The position numbers were made by a program, and so were the translations under genes. Source: a virus (Duplodnaviria; Caudoviricetes). Taken from it: a DNA stretch of 41,895 bases. The stretch is from positions 1-41,895 of the IMG/VR virus record IMGVR_UViG_3300037515_000067; one strand, written 5' to 3'. Shown here piece after piece: positions 27,512-36,000 of the stretch. The notes below the pieces were generated by a model that saw only the letters and a list, made by a program, of their open reading frames with translations, was not told the origin of the DNA and searched no databases. Each line of letters opens with the position of its first letter. The stretch's first letter is position 1.

Positions 27512-28881
27512 ATGGTCTGCTCGTTCCAGTTGATTGCTGCCCTGGCTGTTCCTGAACCTGTCAACGGCGTCAAAACTATGGCGTTCTCTATCTGCCGCGC
27601 TGCGTATGCGTCTATCTGCGACAAGATAAACGGTGTCCTAGGGTCTCCTACAACCTCCGCCAATAATCCGCCCTGGCTCCCGACCCCTGCCACGGCGAAC
27701 CCGCCCCGGATCGTCTCCCCGCCAGATATTGCCGTTCCTGTTATGTTGTATTCGACGGTGCTGTTTGCGCCCCGGCTAACCCATGTCCCACCCGTGACTG
27801 TACCGCCCAATACCACGGCAACCAAACAATCTACCAGTTGCACGTCTATCGAGTATCCCACTAACTCAACATGCGAACGATTGGTTATGCCGTTGTGCGC
27901 CGATTTCGGCCTTATGGCGATTACGGGAAGTTCTCCGCTTATGGCCCTTCCAGCCAAGCTAGTTGCGGCGCTTAGCTGAAACCCTCTAGCCTCTTCGCCT
28001 CCTTCACTTTGTACTGTACAGCAGATAAACTGCAATGTCCCGCCAGGGGAAGGAGTGCGGGCCTTTAGAAATACGCCGTTTGCCGAGTCGTAATACCCCG
28101 CGATCAGATTAGTTCCTGTGGCATCCGTTTTTGCCTCAGCCCTAACTGGTAGGTTGAATGTCTGCGTATAGGGGACCGTCAATTGATTGGCGTTATCGAA
28201 CTCATGCGCAACCCGGAAGATTCCGCCGATATCAAACCCGATCCTGACCTTACCGACGGATAGCCACTGCGCATCCATGATTAGGATTTGCGTCTTGGTG
28301 AAATCAATGGCTATGCCGCTTTCGCCTGTCCCGTCGAACTTATCAACCGTCCATTCTTCTTGCTTGGCTACCCTATCAACAACCGATCCGCTGGTACTTG
28401 ACCGGACAACAATTGACATTTCACTGCCGGATGTTGCAAATATCCCGGTCATGGCTATAAATTGCGACTTGCCGGGGATGTATCTGACATACTGGCGGCT
28501 TTGAAGGATTGCTTCTGAACCGTCAACCGCGCTTGCTGTTATTGGCGTCATCCGCGTGTTGATATTGCGAGGTCCTACCAGCGCCCCGGCATCTGACACA
28601 CTGCCATTGCTCGATTCGGCTGCATAGTTTCCGTTTGCAGTGGCGTCCCATATCATCCGGGTATCCAGGCCGTATTCCTGTTGCGCATCAAACAGGGTGG
28701 TCGGTGAGGATATGCGCTGTCTCCCGAATGCGTCCAAGTTTGTACCGTTTGCCGGTCTGGTGTATATGCCGCGTCTGTCGTTTGACATATAATCGGCGGT
28801 GTTGACATATCCGCCGTCTTCGGTCATCACACGGCCAGTCTTCGGGAGTAGGTCTGTCAAGTACTGGCTGAATCTTCCCAT
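27508..28881 (-). CDS. Putative virion structural protein (457 aa)
   Basis: DAFGRQRISSPTTLFD, YIPGKSQ, QWLSVGKVRIGF; beta-rich; within head module. Confidence 0.6.
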   Translation of the reverse strand: MGRFSQYLTDLLPKTGRVMTEDGGYVNTADYMSNDRRGIYTRPANGTNLDAFGRQRISSPTTLFDAQQEYGLDTRMIWDATANGNYAAESSNGSVSDAGALVGPRNINTRMTPITASAVDGSEAILQSRQYVRYIPGKSQFIAMTGIFATSGSEMSIVVRSSTSGSVVDRVAKQEEWTVDKFDGTGESGIAIDFTKTQILIMDAQWLSVGKVRIGFDIGGIFRVAHEFDNANQLTVPYTQTFNLPVRAEAKTDATGTNLIAGYYDSANGVFLKARTPSPGGTLQFICCTVQSEGGEEARGFQLSAATSLAGRAISGELPVIAIRPKSAHNGITNRSHVELVGYSIDVQLVDCLVAVVLGGTVTGGTWVSRGANSTVEYNITGTAISGGETIRGGFAVAGVGSQGGLLAEVVGDPRTPFILSQIDAYAARQIENAIVLTPLTGSGTARAAINWNEQTI

Positions 28882-29703
28882 CTAATCCTCCATGCCGGGG
28901 ATGATGAAACGACTAACGCAGCGGCATTGGAAATCCGTGCCGGGGATTAAATGCTGCCCGTCAATGCTGGAATAAAGCCCTTCGGCCAGATCGAATTCTT
29001 TTCCGTCCCTGTCAATATGCGCCGCTCTAACTCTTTCGTCTTTGCTGGTCACCCATACGGCCTTGGTAATCCCGAGATTCTGCGCTCTGGCTTTTGCGGT
29101 CAGGCTGTTGAATGTGCCAATCTGCGTTCTGGCCACCATTTTAGCGTGACCCTTGCGCGTCTCGACCATGTTGTCGAATTCGGATGTTATTTCCTCTATG
29201 CCTTTTCCTTCCGCCATCTGCCTAAGCGTGTTAGCGGTCCATTCCTGCAATGTGTCGTTGCGAAGTTTCTTTATCCACTGTGACGTCTCTTCGGTAATGG
29301 CGTTTATCTGTGCCGTTAGCCCTTCTGTTGATTCAAGCTCTTTGCGGCTAACTCCGATTATACTTTCTATTTTCTCATAGAATTCTTTTTGGTTGCGTCG
29401 GTCTGCTCTCTTGGTGTACAGCTTGGCAAGCTCTTCAATCCGCTTGTCATCGAATCTGGATACCAAGCTTTTGTTAACTCGCTTGGCGATAGTCAGGAAC
29501 ACTTTAGAAAAGTTACCGGTCTGTGCGTCTTCAAACTTCTCAACGGTTGACCTGTTCAGCGCCTTCAAAACCTGCGACTTCCAGAGCTTGCCCATTTGTT
29601 CGACTATATACTCAACCGCGCTTGCGAACTTGCGTACCTCCGTCTTTGGCTCAGTTGCTCCCTTGACGAACGTTGGCTTGCTGGCTGTGATTTCACGCTT
29701 CAT
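28882..29703 (-). CDS. Minor head protein (SPP1 gp7/Mu F-like)
   Basis: VARTQ, WVTSKDERVRAAH..RDGKEF, PGTDFQCRC. Confidence 0.9.
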   Translation of the reverse strand: MKREITASKPTFVKGATEPKTEVRKFASAVEYIVEQMGKLWKSQVLKALNRSTVEKFEDAQTGNFSKVFLTIAKRVNKSLVSRFDDKRIEELAKLYTKRADRRNQKEFYEKIESIIGVSRKELESTEGLTAQINAITEETSQWIKKLRNDTLQEWTANTLRQMAEGKGIEEITSEFDNMVETRKGHAKMVARTQIGTFNSLTAKARAQNLGITKAVWVTSKDERVRAAHIDRDGKEFDLAEGLYSSIDGQHLIPGTDFQCRCVSRFIIPGMED

Positions 29704-30955
29704 CGTCGCCGCCGAATATCGAGCCGATATCTATCTGACCGTCAAGGCTTTCATCTTCTTGCGTTTCTTCTTTCACAGCCGGGAACATAAGGTCAAACGG
29801 GTCTTCCGTTGTTACCCCGTTGTCGTTCAGATATTTCCCGTAATCCTCGCCCATCTGCCACAATGCCAACGCGTTTTTGATTGCCTCTGTTTCAAACGCC
29901 ATGCGCTCGGTAGGTGACTCCCCTTGGTTGTCCTTGAAGCAAACCGGCCCTCGACCGTGCATTGCCATGATCCGGTTGATAGGCTGAAGAAGGTAGTCGG
30001 ATTGCAGCGTCTCGATGGTTGCCATCAGGACTTGCCGCTCACCTTCCCCTGTGCTGTTCAATCCACGCGCCGCTTCGCCTACCAGCCACGAAAGAGGCAG
30101 ACCGGTTACCATTGCTAGCCGCCGAAGAGATATCATGTCCGATTCGGCCAAGTTGGTGAGCGTCTGTGATATCGACTCTATTTCGTCTTCCTGGTCGATG
30201 ATCCCGGCACCGTAGATGCTGCGGAGATTCTCAAGCGCCTGGAAGTATTGCAGCAACTCGCCCTCTTTCTTGTCGGCCAGTAATTCCTTGAATCCCTTTA
30301 TTTTATAGAAGATCGTCGCGCATTTCTCAAGCATCTGCGGAACGGCACGCTGTATGATCTGGTCGGAAAGGATCTCACCGCGAATCAATTCAAATTCTGA
30401 TATGCCCCCGTATTGATAGGTCGGCGCGTCAAACTCGGTAGGCTCTATGTATTTGAAATCCGCAATACGCGAGGGATGGATACTGAAACCCCGCACGCTG
30501 AAAGACCTCGGTGCCAGGTAATCGACACTTGCGAGGTCGAGGTTGACACTTGATACATAAACCATGTCTCCGCTAAAAACGTGATACCGGACGTTCGTCC
30601 AGTCGTTGATAGTTTTCAACGGTTGCGACAGGTCCGCCCCAGGCTCATGGATAACAAACAAGCACCGCCCGAACGCCAGCATGAATTTAACGGCGCGTTT
30701 AATGTTGGCCTGTATCCGCGATTCGTAGAACTCTTGATCTCCGGTCGTATCAAATTGGAGCGTATCGTCAAGCGCAATCCCGGCCTTTAACCGGATGATC
30801 TTGTTACCCATGCCGGACCGGTACATTGCCCGAAGCTCGTCCCAATCAACACGGCAACTGGTAAGTCTGTTGTTGCTGTGGGAGTTGCGGCTATTGGCAA
30901 GTTTGTTGGTGAGGCTGGTTATCCCATCTGCAAACCGTTCGGCTATTGTCGCCAT
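29693..30955 (-). CDS. Portal protein (DUF1073-like)
   Basis: IHPSRI, TGLPLSWLVGE..GLNSTGEGE; follows terminase. Confidence 0.85.
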   Translation of the reverse strand: MATIAERFADGITSLTNKLANSRNSHSNNRLTSCRVDWDELRAMYRSGMGNKIIRLKAGIALDDTLQFDTTGDQEFYESRIQANIKRAVKFMLAFGRCLFVIHEPGADLSQPLKTINDWTNVRYHVFSGDMVYVSSVNLDLASVDYLAPRSFSVRGFSIHPSRIADFKYIEPTEFDAPTYQYGGISEFELIRGEILSDQIIQRAVPQMLEKCATIFYKIKGFKELLADKKEGELLQYFQALENLRSIYGAGIIDQEDEIESISQTLTNLAESDMISLRRLAMVTGLPLSWLVGEAARGLNSTGEGERQVLMATIETLQSDYLLQPINRIMAMHGRGPVCFKDNQGESPTERMAFETEAIKNALALWQMGEDYGKYLNDNGVTTEDPFDLMFPAVKEETQEDESLDGQIDIGSIFGGDDEA

Positions 30956-30964
30956 TGGTTATCC

Positions 30965-32182
30965 TTAAAGCAGTCTGCTGTAGTCGAATACTCCGCCGCC
31001 CATTAGGGGCCTTGTGGCGTAGCGAACTGAGTCTATGTAGTGGTTGTTGGCATCCAGTGGAACTGGCAATATATCCCCACTGAGTCGGTCTGTCTTGTAA
31101 CTGTAAAGCCGGAACTCGTTCAGCGTCCCCTTGCACCTGGGATGGATCACAACCTGACGATAGCTCTTAATGTGTGCTATCCCGTCTTCAACGCTGCCCT
31201 TGCCCTTCTCAACACCCTCAATAAAAGGTAGGCCGTGCCGTGCTAAGTAGCTGATCGACTCCGGCCTTGCGCTGTCTGCTCTAACCTTGTACCGGTTGAT
31301 ATCTGGCACCCTCTCGGTAAGGAACTGTGCTGTATCGTCAAGCTCAAGCCCTACCGCCCCGGCGTCATGCTCAATCCATAGGCAGTCATCCCATACCCAG
31401 CATTTTACCGCCGTTGTCGGGTCTTGCGAAAAGCCGAAGTCCATACCGAAGTACGGACCCTTCCACATTTTCGTCGGCTCGAACTCTTCAACCGTGTATT
31501 TGTTGCGAAATATCTGCGCGTCCGACAGTTCGTAATAGTGACCGCCCCATATGTGATTGTATAGGGCATCGTCCATCACCCGCTGTGCGTGGGCGCGCTG
31601 TTCTTCAAGTACCGCAGGGAACCACGGGTTGTCGGAGTAATTCATCTCCACCATCATGGACCGGGGAGGCTGGTTGATCCTGAACCGCGTATCAGTCGGG
31701 CTACCCTTCTTGCCGGGATTCCATATCGGCCATATCTCCGACTTCGGCGCTCGGATCGTCGGTTCCAATACCTGCCAACTTGATTCCGGTATGTCCTCCG
31801 CTTCCTCAACTATGCAAAGGTCAATGTGGGCGAGTGACTTAATATTGCCCTGGTTGTTACGCAGTCCACGAAAGATAAACTCCGTTCCGTTGCGCCCCTT
31901 GATATAATCAACCCCAACATCGTACGCAGCATCAAGCCACGGTTCGGATGCAATGGAGTTTTTCACTTCGGCATGGAATGAATCCTTGATCGAACACTGG
32001 AATTCCCGCGTGCATAATATCCGTAGTGGTTCGGCGTATCCCCACACAGCGGCCATCTTTGCGAAGGTGAATGACTTGGCGCTTCCCCTGCCCCCGTATG
32101 ACCCCCGATACCGTAGCGCCCCCCTTGGCGGTGCGAACAATGGAACCAATTTTGGAGGGAGCTTTATGATAGCGGTGGACAT
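30965..32182 (-). CDS. Terminase large subunit, PBSX family
   Basis: YGGRGSAKS Walker A, VEEAE Walker B, GMDFGFSQDP, NHYIDSVRY. Confidence 0.95.
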   Translation of the reverse strand: MSTAIIKLPPKLVPLFAPPRGALRYRGSYGGRGSAKSFTFAKMAAVWGYAEPLRILCTREFQCSIKDSFHAEVKNSIASEPWLDAAYDVGVDYIKGRNGTEFIFRGLRNNQGNIKSLAHIDLCIVEEAEDIPESSWQVLEPTIRAPKSEIWPIWNPGKKGSPTDTRFRINQPPRSMMVEMNYSDNPWFPAVLEEQRAHAQRVMDDALYNHIWGGHYYELSDAQIFRNKYTVEEFEPTKMWKGPYFGMDFGFSQDPTTAVKCWVWDDCLWIEHDAGAVGLELDDTAQFLTERVPDINRYKVRADSARPESISYLARHGLPFIEGVEKGKGSVEDGIAHIKSYRQVVIHPRCKGTLNEFRLYSYKTDRLSGDILPVPLDANNHYIDSVRYATRPLMGGGVFDYSRLL

Positions 32183-32557
32183 CTATTCGCCTTTGTTGTC
32201 TCCAGCTTGGATGATGATCTTCGTAGGGGTCATGGTACCATCCGATGAAGAATGGTCTACCTCATGCTTGTCCCGCCACTTGAAACGGTTCTTCATGTTC
32301 ATGTAAAACAGCGTGGCGCTGAAGTCTCTATTTTGGAGCTGGATGCGTCCTTGCTTTACCCACCATGATAGGGATAACTCTTCGCCTCTTTTTTTGGCGT
32401 TCATAAACTCTTCGTGTGCTTCGGCCCAGTTGTACAGAGTGGTCTTAGATATATCAAGGTCTGCGGCGACTTCCTCGATTGATGCACCTTCGCGCATTAT
32501 CTCTATTAGTCTATCGCAATATTCGACCCTGTAATCTGTTGGTCTTCCACCTGCCAT
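32183..32557 (-). CDS. Terminase small subunit
   Basis: MAGGRPTDY, HTH, MKNRFKWRDK; adjacent to large subunit. Confidence 0.85.
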   Translation of the reverse strand: MAGGRPTDYRVEYCDRLIEIMREGASIEEVAADLDISKTTLYNWAEAHEEFMNAKKRGEELSLSWWVKQGRIQLQNRDFSATLFYMNMKNRFKWRDKHEVDHSSSDGTMTPTKIIIQAGDNKGE

Positions 32558-32560
32558 AAC

Positions 32561-32674
32561 TCACCATCCGAATATTCTGCAAACTACCCACTGTCCTGCG
32601 AGGCTTGCGGCTGTCATTGCTAAGCCAATGGCTCCGAGCATTGCCCAACCTTTTAGGCGCTGCATCCTGCTCAT
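32561..32674 (-). CDS. Small membrane peptide (37 aa)
   Basis: MSRMQRLKGWAMLGAIGL...; ATGA-coupled to upstream ORF. Confidence 0.5.
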   Translation of the reverse strand: MSRMQRLKGWAMLGAIGLAMTAASLAGQWVVCRIFGW

Positions 32675-32787
32675 TGGTTGTATATTGCTCGAAACGCTAT
32701 TGCCACGAACCATCCTAAGGTGAACCCCACCGACATTGAAAGTATTACCGCCAATGTTCCTAGTTTTAATCTTTCCCATATGCTCAT
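32671..32787 (-). CDS. Small membrane peptide (38 aa)
   Basis: MSIWERLKLGTLAVIL...; ATGA-coupled on both sides. Confidence 0.5.
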   Translation of the reverse strand: MSIWERLKLGTLAVILSMSVGFTLGWFVAIAFRAIYNQ

Positions 32788-32948
32788 TGTGTGCCTTTCC
32801 CGTCCATCGTCCACCTGGATTTGCATACCGGGCAATATCTCACCATGTCCGGTCCTTCGCCTGTGGTGTATGTCACCCCTTGACAGGACGCCGGGACTTT
32901 CCATCCGTTTTTATCTGTCGTGATGTTTTGTCCGCATTTCATTGTCAT
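32784..32948 (-). CDS. Small Cys-containing hypothetical protein
   Basis: MTMKCG...YCPVCK; ATGA overlap with next ORF. Confidence 0.45.
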   Translation of the reverse strand: MTMKCGQNITTDKNGWKVPASCQGVTYTTGEGPDMVRYCPVCKSRWTMDGKGTQ

Positions 32949-32953
32949 ACCAT

Positions 32954-32990
32954 AAAAAAGTCCCCCGATGCAGGAGGGTACACCGGGGGC
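32954..32990 (-). terminator. Intrinsic terminator downstream of tRNAs
   Basis: CCCCCG...CGGGGG stem followed by T6 on - strand. Confidence 0.6.
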
Positions 32991-33115
32991 ATGTGGGAAT
33001 ACTTCCGTTCTGGTTATACGCAAGGTCCGCATGTTCCACCGGCCATAAGGATGCCAGTTCTTTGAGACTAAGGAACTACTGACCGGGGACGCTCCCCGGC
33101 TCTTAACAACAACAT

Positions 33116-33190
33116 TGGAGCCGCCGATAGGACTCGAACCTACATTGTTCTCGTTACAAGGGAGATGCCCAACCATTAGGCGACAGCGGC
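33116..33190 (-). tRNA. tRNA-Thr(UGU)
   Basis: Cloverleaf GCCGCTG...CGGCGGC-T-CCA, loop CTTGTAA, TTCGAGT T-loop; one C-C mismatch closing the anticodon stem. Confidence 0.9.
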
Positions 33191-33201
33191 GTAACTTTCA
33201 T

Positions 33202-33247
33202 GCCGGTCTCTCCCGGCTTGTCACCTTTGTTGTGCGGACAGGTCCCG
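33202..33247 (-). repeat. 46-nt structured element upstream of tRNA-Thr
   Basis: CGGGACCTG...AACAAAGGTGACA-AGCCGG-GAGAGA-CCGGC; second copy at 33447-33492. Confidence 0.7.
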
Positions 33248-33337
33248 TTTGTTCGCTCCGAATGATGCCTTTGGCAATCCATCCGAGCATATTTGCCAAT
33301 GCACCCGCAAAAGTTCATGGCAAAACTTGCTTATCTA

Positions 33338-33425
33338 TGGTGGGGCCGCGAGGATTCGAACCTCGAACATCTTTTCAGTACCGCAGGGTTACAGCCTGGT
33401 GCCTTAGCCGTTCAGCCACGTCCCC
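33338..33425 (-). tRNA. tRNA-Tyr(GUA)
   Basis: GGGGACG...CGGCCCC-A-CCA, loop CTGTAAC, long variable region, TTCGAAT T-loop; single mismatches in acceptor and anticodon stems. Confidence 0.85.
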
Positions 33426-33446
33426 AGTAACAAAATGGTTATTGTC

Positions 33447-33492
33447 GCCGTCTCTCCGGCTGTCACCCTTGTTTTCGCCCTGTCAGGTCCCG
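33447..33492 (-). repeat. 46-nt structured element upstream of tRNA-Tyr
   Basis: CGGGACCTG...AACAAGGGTGACA-GCCG-GAGAGA-CGGC. Confidence 0.7.
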
Positions 33493-33499
33493 GCGTAAG

Positions 33500-33760
33500 C
33501 CCCCGCACCCGCTACGCAGTTGCGCGGCAAACTTGAAACTTCGTCGGTTTAATAGCGTAGTGACTCCGACAAACACTCTACCGATATGCGCGCTTTCTCG
33601 GTATCGCTGGTTGAGTATAGCTTAGAGGCTTGCGGCTAGTTAGCTGGGGACGCATAATACCTATGTTTTATACGGCCTCGTAGCTCCTTCCGCGCTTGGC
33701 GGATGAGATGTATTTTGCCGTCACCGCAGGGTAACGGCACCGCCTGGATATGGCGGGATG
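33500..33760 (-). ncRNA. Candidate structured non-coding RNA
   Basis: No ORF >=60 aa; several hairpins, one with a G-U pair only on the - strand (33716-33739). Confidence 0.35.
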
Positions 33761-33763
33761 ATT

Positions 33764-34288
33764 TTATTGAAGCCACGGCCAATCTTCGCGAAGAAAGATT
33801 TCATTGACTTGTGCGGGTGTTATTTTGTGCGCTTCTGCTATTTCCCACCAGTCGACACCGCGGATCCTTGCAGCCCTTATTTCTAATGTCTCTTCTTTTT
33901 TAAACTTTTCTGGGTTTCTGGTTTCGCCTTTTCTCTGCTTTATCTTACGGCCCATGTCTTGGCCGTTGTCTTTGTACGTCCCGAGGAATAAATGGTCCGG
34001 ATTTACACAAGACGGAGTATCACAAACGTGGCATATACACATTCCAACAGGAATGCTCTCGCCATGTTTTAACATCCATGATACACGGTGAGCCCCTGTC
34101 TGCTTACCATGTACGGTGAATTGACCGTACAAACCAGATTTCGTCCCGTCCCACAACCAGCAACCGGTATTTTCTTCGACGACAACATGGCGCAAGAATT
34201 TAGTTAATTCTTTTTCGTCAAGGCACATATCACTTTTATGCCTATCATGATAGAAAGTTCGGCAGATGCTTGCTTTCGTCGGTTTCAT
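33764..34288 (-). CDS. HNH homing-type endonuclease
   Basis: GCWLWDG, AHRVSW, CHVCDTPSCVNPDHLFLGT..DN. Confidence 0.9.
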   Translation of the reverse strand: MKPTKASICRTFYHDRHKSDMCLDEKELTKFLRHVVVEENTGCWLWDGTKSGLYGQFTVHGKQTGAHRVSWMLKHGESIPVGMCICHVCDTPSCVNPDHLFLGTYKDNGQDMGRKIKQRKGETRNPEKFKKEETLEIRAARIRGVDWWEIAEAHKITPAQVNEIFLREDWPWLQ

Positions 34289-34317
34289 CAGACCCCACCC
34301 TGTTTAATGCCCCACGT

Positions 34318-34376
34318 TTGTGCGGCGGCAGGGCGCTGGGGATTCGCCTCTTCGGTTGGCCGACCTAGCCGCACAA
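34318..34376 (-). promoter_or_regulatory. Structured 5' leader of the HNH gene (three-way junction)
   Basis: 9-bp outer stem TTGTGCGGC/GCCGCACAA enclosing TCGG-CCAA-CCGA and GGCG-AATCCCCAG-CGCC hairpins. Confidence 0.55.
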
Positions 34377-34446
34377 CATAAAAACACGTCATTTACGGTG
34401 ACAAGTTCCATGTGTTTTGTTTTTGGCGCAAGTGTACTTTTGCCTG

Positions 34447-34475
34447 ACTTTACAACTTCTCTAACGCTTTGTCAA
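34447..34475 (-). promoter_or_regulatory. Sigma70-type promoter
   Basis: TTGACA-17 nt-TAAAGT. Confidence 0.7.
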
Positions 34476-34493
34476 CAGGTAATCAACATGTTT

Positions 34494-34865
34494 TCATTCA
34501 TCTTCCATTATCCCTGAATCGAACAATTCTCTGGGGCTTTGGTATAGCAGATCGACAATCCTCAACCCGTCTTGATCCAGCTTCCTTTCTCTGACGCTCT
34601 TCCAAAACTTGCGAAGCTCTGCGCTAAGTTTCCCCGTCACCGGTTCATACTCCGCCCCATTGTCCCGTAGATAGTACCGCTCAATATCCGGCGTGGAATG
34701 TAACAGCACGTCAATGGCCCACTCAAGGAAGCATCTCCCGCCGCCACGCCCGCCAGTCTGTACCCTGTCGCCATTCATTGGTGCGGCGCTGGCGTAGATC
34801 TCTTTTTCGTTCTTGAGTATGTACGCCGTTTTGTACAGCTTGACCTTCTCTGACCAGTTCAACAT
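34494..34865 (-). CDS. Hypothetical protein (position typical of a late-gene regulator)
   Basis: GGGGGAG RBS, own promoter; function only positional inference. Confidence 0.6.
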   Translation of the reverse strand: MLNWSEKVKLYKTAYILKNEKEIYASAAPMNGDRVQTGGRGGGRCFLEWAIDVLLHSTPDIERYYLRDNGAEYEPVTGKLSAELRKFWKSVRERKLDQDGLRIVDLLYQSPRELFDSGIMEDE

Positions 34866-34901
34866 ATCTCCCCCTTGTTAGTCCATCCCGCCATTGTTAA
34901 A

Positions 34902-34930
34902 AACATACCGGAAACATGGAGTTTTTGCAA
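34902..34930 (-). promoter_or_regulatory. Sigma70-type promoter
   Basis: TTGCAA-17 nt-TATGTT, divergent from 34991-35019. Confidence 0.55.
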
Positions 34931-34990
34931 GATGCCCATACCTGCCTGGGATTTATTTTGCATAATGCGTTATTTTCTTCCTTTTTCTTG

Positions 34991-35019
34991 TTGACGCCTA
35001 CCTCGTTTTGCGGTATAGT
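34991..35019 (+). promoter_or_regulatory. Sigma70-type promoter for the + strand operon
   Basis: TTGACG-17 nt-TATAGT. Confidence 0.8.
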
Positions 35020-35059
35020 TTAGACACAAACAGGGAACAACTAACTAAGGGGAACGGAA

Positions 35060-35251
35060 ATGAGCAAATACGAGCCGCGCTTTTCGAAATGTGACGACGG
35101 AACTTTTTATACCTTAATTGTCAGAATCGACAGGGACGGAGAGTCAAACGTTATTCACGGTTACAAGGGACGGTTCTTCAAGTCTCTTGCCACCGCAGAG
35201 AAGTCAACATCTAGCCATATAGCGAAGATTGCCGCTAGATTGACAGCGTAA
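35060..35251 (+). CDS. Hypothetical protein
   Basis: AAGGGG RBS, first ORF after promoter. Confidence 0.7.
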   Translation: MSKYEPRFSKCDDGTFYTLIVRIDRDGESNVIHGYKGRFFKSLATAEKSTSSHIAKIAARLTA

Positions 35252-35296
35252 CCCCAACCAGCCCCGCCCGTGGCACGTAACGGGCAAGGAGGAAAC

Positions 35297-35392
35297 ATGG
35301 AACCGCAACGGATAGACTTGGCAGACGTTGGCTTAACATTAATCATGGCAGCAATTTTAGCAACTGTGGTTATATGGTTCGGAACAATTTGA
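35297..35392 (+). CDS. Small single-TM peptide (31 aa, not in ORF track)
   Basis: AAGGAGG RBS; MEPQRIDLADVGLTLIMAAILATVVIWFGTI. Confidence 0.6.
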   Translation: MEPQRIDLADVGLTLIMAAILATVVIWFGTI

Positions 35393-35408
35393 TATTACGG
35401 AGGATGGT

Positions 35409-35603
35409 ATGACGAAGGAAGAATTGAAAGAACATCTCAAGTCTCTTGGCTGGTCACAGGGGCAACTTGCAAAAACCCTCGGTGTAGATATATCAACAGT
35501 CAACCGTTGGGTTAATTCTGACGCTGAAATCCCGGGTCCGGTTGTCGCCTATGTTGAACTGGCGATTGATGTTCTCGGATTGTACAAAAGGCATATTGGG
35601 TGA
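35409..35603 (+). CDS. XRE-family helix-turn-helix regulator
   Basis: LGWSQGQLAKTLGVDISTVNRW; GGAGG RBS. Confidence 0.85.
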   Translation: MTKEELKEHLKSLGWSQGQLAKTLGVDISTVNRWVNSDAEIPGPVVAYVELAIDVLGLYKRHIG

Positions 35604-35610
35604 TATTGTC

Positions 35611-35886
35611 ATGATAAGAAAATATTGCGAATATAGGAAATCTCTTCGTAAGCACTTCACGATTTTTACATGGAGAAGGTGCGCCACATGTGGAAAAGAG
35701 TTTCGAAGGGAGATAGGATGGTTTCTTGATAATCACAGTATGGTCACGAATGCCGGTTATAGATTTTATATTGCTGATACATTCTTTTGTAGACGTTGCG
35801 CTCCTACACGAAACGATGCTATATGTTTAATTGAAAACCAAAAAAAATATGGCAGGCCGACAGTTATGCCGCCAAAATCAGAATAG
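35611..35886 (+). CDS. Hypothetical zinc-binding protein
   Basis: CATC and CRRC pairs. Confidence 0.6.
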   Translation: MIRKYCEYRKSLRKHFTIFTWRRCATCGKEFRREIGWFLDNHSMVTNAGYRFYIADTFFCRRCAPTRNDAICLIENQKKYGRPTVMPPKSE

Positions 35887-35897
35887 GAGTGATCTAA

Positions 35898-35993
35898 ATG
35901 TTTGAACACGACAACCCAACATCAGGCGAATACTCCGCAAACATCTGTTGTATCGCGGTCGCGGTAATAATCGCCATCATTTATTTCCTGTAG
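35898..35993 (+). CDS. Small single-TM peptide (31 aa, not in ORF track)
   Basis: AGGAG RBS; MFEHDNPTSGEYSANICCIAVAVIIAIIYFL. Confidence 0.55.
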   Translation: MFEHDNPTSGEYSANICCIAVAVIIAIIYFL

Positions 35994-36000
35994 CATAATG

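Noticed and set aside
29693-30955. Anti-CBASS Acb1 label sometimes attached to DUF1073-like proteins
   Set aside because: Size and position after terminase indicate a portal; no separate phosphoesterase domain seen
32784-33498. ORF-track frames 32784-33176 (-) and 33115-33498 (+) overlapping the tRNAs
   Set aside because: They translate tRNA and terminator sequence; only the distal 32784-32948 part is plausible
34955-34978. dif-like sequence GCATAA-TGCG-TTAT
   Set aside because: Only 4 nt between TAA and TTA and no XerD-like arm
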